In this document: piece by piece, positions 58,401 through 64,000 of the stretch
How the letters are laid out: each line of letters opens with the position of its first letter
Position numbering within the stretch: position 1 is the stretch's first letter
Program-made: the position numbers and the translations under genes
Notes under the pieces: model-generated
Told to the model about the DNA's origin: nothing
Seen by the model: only the letters and a program-made list of their open reading frames with translations
Database searches by the model: none
Virus record (IMG/VR): IMGVR_UViG_3300033066_000709
Span: 1 to 64,000 of that record
Source of the DNA: a virus
Lineage: Duplodnaviria; Caudoviricetes
Strand: one strand, 5' to 3'
DNA: 64,000 nucleotides

Positions 58401-61400
58401 CCTGTAATTAGAATTTTATCACCAACTTTAAAATTATAAGTTGTGTCCCAAGTAGAAGTTGCTATTGTTAATGTCTTTGTAGCAGCTGTCCAAACTAATG
58501 TTATAGATGCAGTTGTTGTAAATGAAGGTCTCTGCCCTGTGTGAACCCATGTTATTGGATTTGCTGATATTGTAGATGTAGCAGTTGCGGCAGGATCTAA
58601 CCATGTTAATGTTGTGGTTGAAACACCAGATAGAGTAACTGATTTATTATACACATGACCATTAATTAAAACTTTGTCTCCAACTATGAATCCATTTTGT
58701 ACAAAATTAGCAGTAAATGTTGTTGATGCCGCTACTAATGTTCTAGCGCCAGAAGTGGTTGCTAAAGATGCATTGCTGGCACCTAATGCACAAGCATAAA
58801 AATTTTGTCGAGGAATTCTTTTTTCACATGTAATTACACATGTATCTTTATAAGAACTTGATTCTTCTATAATTGAATCAGCCAAGTGTAAATATAAGGC
58901 AGTAGCATTTGCAACATAATAACTTCCATCATTAGAACTAGTTCCGCTCACTGTTACTTTGTCACTTGCAGCCCATATTCTATTAGTTAAAAACGAACCT
59001 GTACTTCTTTTTATTCTATATGCAGTTAAAGTTGCCGTTGTTGAAACTTCATTATATTGTCTTTCTAAAGTAGAACTTGCAGTTAATACAGTTGCAGTTA
59101 CAGCAGTTAATGTTAATGTAATTTTATTGTTAAGTGATGAATTAGTAACTACTACTTTATCACCTACTACAAACCCTTCAGTTATAAAATTTCCTGGAGC
59201 AGTTCCACTAGCAGTTATAGTTTTTGCTACTTGATTAAAAGTAAATATTCTAGTTGTGCTTGCTGATTGAGCTATAGATTTTTGAAAACTAATTTCAGTA
59301 GTAGGACTAGCATCTAAATAAACTGACCATTTAGCAGGATATGATTTTGTTGTTAAATTAATACCAGAACTTTCAGCAGCTTGAGATACTAAAGTTTCTT
59401 TTATATTTAATACAGTTGCAGAAAAAATATTTAAAATAGTAAATTGTTTGCCATTATTAGAAGTTTGTGCACTACCATTAATTTCTATAATATCTCCAGG
59501 AGCATAACCATCTGTTATAACAGAACCGGAACTAAATACTAATCTATTCGTTTTTAAAACTGCTGATGCCGCAACTTCGGGAAAAACTAAATCACCAGAA
59601 CATGTTAACTGGCTTGTTGCTACAGCAGTTACAGTTAAATAATTATCACCGGTTGTATTATTTCTTGATGTTCCAGAAACAAATAATTTATCGCCAACTA
59701 AAAACCCATCTGAAGTAAAATTACCTGTTGCACTAGATATAGTAGTTGAAAGCTGTTCTATAGTTGCAGATGATGAAAGTGGTCCTTCATCTACAAGTAA
59801 ATCTGAAGCAGCAGTTACAGTCATTGTTGTAGCTGTTAAAGCAGATATTGTAAACCAAATACCTGGTTTTGTATTGTTATTTGTAGTTCCGGTTATATAA
59901 ATTTTACCGCCAACAATAAAGTTTTCAGCAACAAAAGAACCAGATGAAGCAGTAATAACTCCTGTAGATCTCACAAATGTTAAGGTTCTACCTCCAGATG
60001 CAGTCATAGTAGGAGCTGCACTTGGAGTAGCAGTAACGCCACCAAAAGTTAAACTTCTACTAGTAGATATACCAGTAGTTGTTATAGTTCTACCACCTGC
60101 AGCAGTTAAAAATAATTTTGTTGTTGGTTTATATTTTGCAACTAACTGAACTGCATTGTTTGTAGCATCTTGTGAAGTTACAGTTTCTAATACATTAATA
60201 GTTAAAGCTGTTACATTTGTGATTGTAAAATTCAAGTTATTAGCACTTGATTCAGTACCCATAACTGTTAAATTATCATTAATACTATAACCATCTGTAA
60301 TAAAATTTCCTGAAGATGCTATTATTTTATCGACAGTTATAACAGCAGTAGAACTAAGTGGTCCTTCATTTACAACAGTTTCAGAAACAGTTAAAGCAGT
60401 AGTAGATACATTTGTAACTGTAAAAGTAGAATTATTACTAGTTGTTCCAGTTATTTTTAATTTATCTCCAATTGCAAATCCATCCGAAGTAAAATTACCA
60501 GATGAAGCTGTTATAGTTTTACCGGTAGCGGCAAATGTTAAAGTTCTACCACCAGATGCAGTAATAGATATATTTTTAAATTCTAAAGTTCTATTATTTG
60601 TTGCCCATGTAGTTACTGTTGGTATAGATACAGTTGGTGAACTATTAAAACCTGCAACTTTGTTTGAAAGAGCTGGTGTAAATCCTGGAGTAGTTCCTCT
60701 ATAAATTTCTAAGAAATTTTTAGCATCAGCATTTGATACTGTATTAGTATCTTTTGTAAAAAATGGAACTCTATGTGTCCAACCAAATGTAACTGATTGA
60801 GGAGCATTAACATAAGCAGTTACATAATCTGGAAAATAAGTAGATCCTTTAAATGGTGTTGCAGAATAAACTCTACTTTCTGTATATTCTGTTCTATCTC
60901 TAGTATAAAATGTTCTAGATTTAAAATAATACTTTGTTCCGTCTACCATATCCAATTCAGTGTTCGGATCATGAGTAACTCTCATACCAGCAGTATAATT
61001 ATTAGAAAACGAAAACATCGTTTCAGAATTAATTATATTTGTAAATGTATTACCAGAAGAAAATTGAGAACTTAAAGGAGAAAGTCCATACACTTCAATA
61101 TTTGTAAATGTAGAATTAGTTACAGGTGTGGGAAATGCTAAACCATGTTGATATTGTCTAGTTCTATTTAAGAAATATAATCTTACATTAGAAACAGTTA
61201 CGTTATCTGAATATCCAATATTTATCATTCCTGTAGGAACTGTAACAGAACCAGAAGTAACAGCATTATTAGACTGTAAAACCATTGCAATATTGTTAAG
61301 TACTGCATTTGATACATAAGTCATTAACATTCCATTAAGAAGAACACCATCTCTCAATTCTCTCGATAACCATATATTACCGGTATTATATCTTCTAACA

Positions 61401-63643
61401 CAAGGCATGCCTTGTCCCATGCCATTTATATTTAAAGCGTATGTTTCTGAAATTGCTAAAGGTAAGTGTAAACCAATATTAGTAATATTTAAACTTTGTG
61501 CTTGATTACCATTAACATATACTTCGTCCAATAAACATGTATCTAACGACAAATTTCCACCACTTGACATGACAAAAGACAATCCTAATTGTTGAGAGCT
61601 TGTTTGCAAAGCAGCAGATGCATCTGAAGTTAACATGATATTTGGAATTCTAACTTTAACACCTGAAGTTAATTTATTGCCATTTACTCCATCACCAAAA
61701 ACAACAGTATTAGTAAGTTGAGAAGAAGAAGGATTAATTATTCTAACCGGTATATTAGTATAGCCAGTAGAAGTATAAGATGCACCTAAAGTTGCTGATA
61801 TTTGACTCACTCTTATTGTTGTTGCGTCAATAACTTTTTCTATAATTGTATTTGCAGGTATACCTTGACCGGTAATAGTTGCTCCTTGATATACTCCATC
61901 AGTTGAATCTAAAGTTATTGTAAACAAACCAAATGTAGTTGTAGCAGTTTTTGTTATATACTTATCTTGTATCGAACTTGGAATTTGTTTAAAAAATTTA
62001 CCTCTTTGTCCAGTTGAAACATCTAAAAGATTATCTTGATACTGTCTTAATGTTCCACCATAAGCTCCTGTTACATTTAACCATATTTCATAAGTATTTG
62101 TTCCAACTCCAGTTTCTACCCATAAAGCACCTACATAATCAGTATATGGAATTGTCATTTCTTGGTTAGAAGTATTATCTCCAGTGCCAATTTCAATCCA
62201 ATTTCCTTCTACTTCTATAAATCCTAATCCATTTGCAGGTGTAATTGAATGCACACCGGTACCAGAAACTCTAGTCATAGGAAATCTTTTAGCAACAGAT
62301 GTAGATGTATTTTCAATTCTTAATTTTCCACCTTGAGCAGAAGTAGTCATACTTGAAAATAAAGCCGGTTGATCTGTGTTAACAGTTATAGTTGCACCTC
62401 TATCAATGATAAGAACATCATTTGCACGACAATTATAAGGTACCCATTTTACTGAAGTCCATGTATATGTTCCACTTGAAGGACCTACAATCCAGCTAAC
62501 TCCATTATCATCAGAATATAAACAATTAGATACTGACTGACAAGGTATAAGCCATCTATTTTTTATAGGACTATAGTCTAAGCCGCCATAAGTTGCCAAA
62601 AGCGGCAGTGTTACCATTGTCCAATTTACACCATCATCAGAATAAGCAGTTAAGTCATTTGAAGTAGTATCAGCTGAAACCATTAATCTACCAGATCCGT
62701 TTGAAGCAATTCTAATCCAAGATCTTGGAATTAAATTTGAAGTTGGTGAACCTGTAGCCCATGTAATACCATCATCTGAATATGCAGTTCCTTTTATAGC
62801 TCTTAATGTTGCGGTTGAAGAAGCTGATTCAGTAACTAATGATTCATTAACTGTCATAGTAGTTGTACTTACAGTAGCAACAGTATATGTACCATTATTA
62901 GAAGAAGTTCCAGTTATTTCTATAGTTTGACCTACAATATACAAATCAGCTGTAAAGTTACCAGAATTTCTAGTAATAGTATTAGTTCCTGAAGTAAATG
63001 CAAGAGTACTTGTAGAAGAACATAAATATTCTATAGGCATAACAGAAACAGCAACAAATTTACTTAAAGTAGAATCATAAACAATACTTTTCCATCTACC
63101 AATTGGTAAACCAGAACCATCTGACCATGTTACACCATCACTTGAATATCTTACAAGATTTGAACCATATGAAAGTGTAACAAATTTACTTTCTCCGTAA
63201 GTAATACATCTCCAATCAGCAGCAGTTAAATTACTATTTAAAGTCCAATTAGCAGAATTTGTAGAAGTAATGGCTTTTGTCGAAGTTGATCTTATAGTAG
63301 TATCTAATCCACCACCAACAGCAACCCAAGTATTGTTACCAAAAGCTATAGCTTGCCAACCGATATTTGCTAAACCAGTAGCAGCAGCTGTTCTTACAGT
63401 TGGAATAGCAGTTGGTGTAGTTGTTGTATAAATCATATCAGCTGTATTTGCAGTTACAGCTGTCATGACATTTACATCATTACCAAATGCTTGATCTGTT
63501 ATTGCAGCTCTAGCTGTTAAAGTTAACGAGGTCCATGTTTCACCGTCAAGAGAATATTGCGATCTAGTATTTTGACCTAAACATTGAAATTGATTGTTAA
63601 TATTATCTATGTTATTGTCAAATAATGCTGTTATTGTTGCCAT
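55409..63643 (-). CDS. Giant fibre/adhesin-like virion protein
   Basis: 2744 aa; Asp-box repeats (YSDDGxxW), beta-helix-like segments, ~12 GNFxxDGFxVGDKI repeats. Confidence 0.7.
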   Translation of the reverse strand: MATITALFDNNIDNINNQFQCLGQNTRSQYSLDGETWTSLTLTARAAITDQAFGNDVNVMTAVTANTADMIYTTTTPTAIPTVRTAAATGLANIGWQAIAFGNNTWVAVGGGLDTTIRSTSTKAITSTNSANWTLNSNLTAADWRCITYGESKFVTLSYGSNLVRYSSDGVTWSDGSGLPIGRWKSIVYDSTLSKFVAVSVMPIEYLCSSTSTLAFTSGTNTITRNSGNFTADLYIVGQTIEITGTSSNNGTYTVATVSTTTMTVNESLVTESASSTATLRAIKGTAYSDDGITWATGSPTSNLIPRSWIRIASNGSGRLMVSADTTSNDLTAYSDDGVNWTMVTLPLLATYGGLDYSPIKNRWLIPCQSVSNCLYSDDNGVSWIVGPSSGTYTWTSVKWVPYNCRANDVLIIDRGATITVNTDQPALFSSMTTSAQGGKLRIENTSTSVAKRFPMTRVSGTGVHSITPANGLGFIEVEGNWIEIGTGDNTSNQEMTIPYTDYVGALWVETGVGTNTYEIWLNVTGAYGGTLRQYQDNLLDVSTGQRGKFFKQIPSSIQDKYITKTATTTFGLFTITLDSTDGVYQGATITGQGIPANTIIEKVIDATTIRVSQISATLGASYTSTGYTNIPVRIINPSSSQLTNTVVFGDGVNGNKLTSGVKVRIPNIMLTSDASAALQTSSQQLGLSFVMSSGGNLSLDTCLLDEVYVNGNQAQSLNITNIGLHLPLAISETYALNINGMGQGMPCVRRYNTGNIWLSRELRDGVLLNGMLMTYVSNAVLNNIAMVLQSNNAVTSGSVTVPTGMINIGYSDNVTVSNVRLYFLNRTRQYQHGLAFPTPVTNSTFTNIEVYGLSPLSSQFSSGNTFTNIINSETMFSFSNNYTAGMRVTHDPNTELDMVDGTKYYFKSRTFYTRDRTEYTESRVYSATPFKGSTYFPDYVTAYVNAPQSVTFGWTHRVPFFTKDTNTVSNADAKNFLEIYRGTTPGFTPALSNKVAGFNSSPTVSIPTVTTWATNNRTLEFKNISITASGGRTLTFAATGKTITASSGNFTSDGFAIGDKLKITGTTSNNSTFTVTNVSTTALTVSETVVNEGPLSSTAVITVDKIIASSGNFITDGYSINDNLTVMGTESSANNLNFTITNVTALTINVLETVTSQDATNNAVQLVAKYKPTTKLFLTAAGGRTITTTGISTSRSLTFGGVTATPSAAPTMTASGGRTLTFVRSTGVITASSGSFVAENFIVGGKIYITGTTNNNTKPGIWFTISALTATTMTVTAASDLLVDEGPLSSSATIEQLSTTISSATGNFTSDGFLVGDKLFVSGTSRNNTTGDNYLTVTAVATSQLTCSGDLVFPEVAASAVLKTNRLVFSSGSVITDGYAPGDIIEINGSAQTSNNGKQFTILNIFSATVLNIKETLVSQAAESSGINLTTKSYPAKWSVYLDASPTTEISFQKSIAQSASTTRIFTFNQVAKTITASGTAPGNFITEGFVVGDKVVVTNSSLNNKITLTLTAVTATVLTASSTLERQYNEVSTTATLTAYRIKRSTGSFLTNRIWAASDKVTVSGTSSNDGSYYVANATALYLHLADSIIEESSSYKDTCVITCEKRIPRQNFYACALGASNASLATTSGARTLVAASTTFTANFVQNGFIVGDKVLINGHVYNKSVTLSGVSTTTLTWLDPAATATSTISANPITWVHTGQRPSFTTTASITLVWTAATKTLTIATSTWDTTYNFKVGDKILITGQKYNNGLFTIATMPTANTITVSENVIVDTTTYNATAGQTSTVYGYHTTQKVTLTSAAARVMTFNPVGNTITLSGASAGSFINDGYYVGDCIRVQNTTSGLNDGYYTIAVLTATVMTVNEQFSIVAGTVAYSTESVTISAPNIENDTDYYYVMRKYDDTGVYNDSEEIYVKSTFQEVQHNLALQGSSMTTSWTASGITVGAATRVSPLLNITSTQTAEAVILTSTAAGGTLTQSIPTAVGDTYTFSLWVCTQPTVLKLASLTATASRTLKFDQVSTTYTITAAGASPGSFITDGYQIGDRILVSGSGTPPAGSIYNIGWFTISNVTATVLTLTEPVITETAATSILTITNYFNDTLEIGGSISLGSASQAFTATSQWQKISTTFTAIATTTNAVITITDNRRAICAIGAMVNKGSSTMPYLLTTTNQTSNANKVRDINLVRAWCRGYAEPESHSGIELQLAAANTGELWTEVYCGTTNDFTPSFKNKIFDTWGAATSTTPVIIFNNESADNVIDGLTQVGIGSPTGQYFAYFAAASSRNKIKNVTYNVSGNYLLGIANFNTQSNDTYLYNWNIKNWRNYASTLLNVRLITSINDISGVRVENLIMNNSDIPIMNQGLNYIFKGVSGGNVTILNNEQLYSMPVRPNNAMQSLPSATVNFDSVTTAIATTNYVTEYDTIFNELYFTPNKGALNITFNASSKASKPYTLIGTANFSNTGRLYLPNPGDGIEYTWPHKILGVSGFRNVDFLFNGLDLGNTITLLEGLQIFYKIDTGSGYSVSWLEATPASLSALTVSATEGFYLKLKIIASAGMKYITCIKNFVPGETIRGLSSFATATVVKDVYFPTQGTIQVSNVVGTFVPGEIIVRDSDGEIRATNVATNTTFGLFPSYTSYIDGLYIYTNVDRTAIYPPEQTTLTLTGLQLDSEVRVFTHGTTTELSGIESSGTTFDFSYTYSPELYVDIVIMHSNYEYLRIDNLNLSPTSSSIPIQQRFDRVYSNP

Positions 63644-63651
63644 TAATTATA

Positions 63652-63786
63652 TTACTCAGTTATATTTGTAATTACTTCACCAATTGATTTATTATTTTTG
63701 CAGCCAGGGCATATATCAGGTAAAACTGTGCTTTCGATAGTTATCCCGCATACTGAACAATGATATGTTTTTAATTCTGTTTCCAT
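63652..63786 (-). CDS. 44-aa rubredoxin-like metal-binding protein (below ORF-track cutoff)
   Basis: METELKTYHCSVCGITIESTVLPDICPGCK...; AATATATA at 63811-63818. Confidence 0.7.
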   Translation of the reverse strand: METELKTYHCSVCGITIESTVLPDICPGCKNNKSIGEVITNITE

Positions 63787-63861
63787 AAATTTATATTTAA
63801 TTTATATATGTATATATTAAAAAAGACTAACACTGTGATGGTAAATGATACATTTATAAAT

Positions 63862-63900
63862 AAAAAAAGTGTGACAATTTTTTAGAATTATCACACTTTT
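63862..63900 (-). terminator. Intrinsic terminator
   Basis: aaaagtgtga...tcacactttt. Confidence 0.7.
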
Positions 63901-63923
63901 ATTTTTGCAAATATTTATTTTAC

Positions 63924-64000
63924 TTACAACCTCATATCTTCCCAATAGTCAGCGGCAAATTGCATCTCTAATTGCCAAATAGTTGAACCAGATGAATAAT
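63924..64000 (-). CDS. C-terminus of a probable tail tube protein (gp19-like)
   Basis: ...YSSGSTIWQLEMQFAADYWEDMRL* resembles the gp19 C-terminal F..DYW motif; followed by a terminator. Confidence 0.55.
   Translation of the reverse strand, partial: YSSGSTIWQLEMQFAADYWEDMRL

Noticed and set aside
53-61075. The other short ORFs antisense to larger genes in the track (e.g. 938..1201, 11184..11369, 15590..16147, 53694..54158)
   Set aside because: They overlap convincing opposite-strand genes and have implausible composition.
1-64000. Alternative genetic code (TAG or TGA reassigned, as in some jumbo phages)
   Set aside because: Code 11 gives full-length, densely packed genes, and the tRNA has a normal UUG anticodon.

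Overview
This window is a very AT-rich, densely coded segment of a T4-superfamily-like jumbo myophage using the standard genetic code, with most genes on the - strand. Head genes are the gp23 major capsid protein and a gp21 prohead protease fused to a scaffold-like coiled coil. Tail and baseplate genes include the gp19 C-terminus, gp26/gp51-like chaperones, a 2060-aa tape measure, gp53, hub-like proteins, and 2744-aa and 800-aa repeat-rich fibres. It also carries four peptidoglycan hydrolases, an ECF sigma factor, an amino-DNA methyltransferase, tRNA-Gln(UUG) and two solo TnpB genes. A TTG-N20-TAnnTTTG promoter and the lack of Shine-Dalgarno sequences point to a Bacteroidota host. The most interesting signals are: (1) a ~10 kb glycosyltransferase/methyltransferase 'assembly line' operon beside the capsid genes, probably for virion glycosylation; (2) a GC-rich island with five CCTCCT (anti-SD)/AGGAGG repeats behind its own phage-type promoter, a candidate sRNA; (3) a lysozyme and a CHAP-like hydrolase in the baseplate cluster sharing a 59-aa C-terminal module; (4) a family of proteins with T4-like capsid-targeting leaders, plus an Ntn-hydrolase whose catalytic Cys appears to be unmasked by the prohead protease; (5) a readable three-tier promoter cascade; (6) several candidate recoding sites. 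All family assignments come from motif recognition by eye, without database searches.
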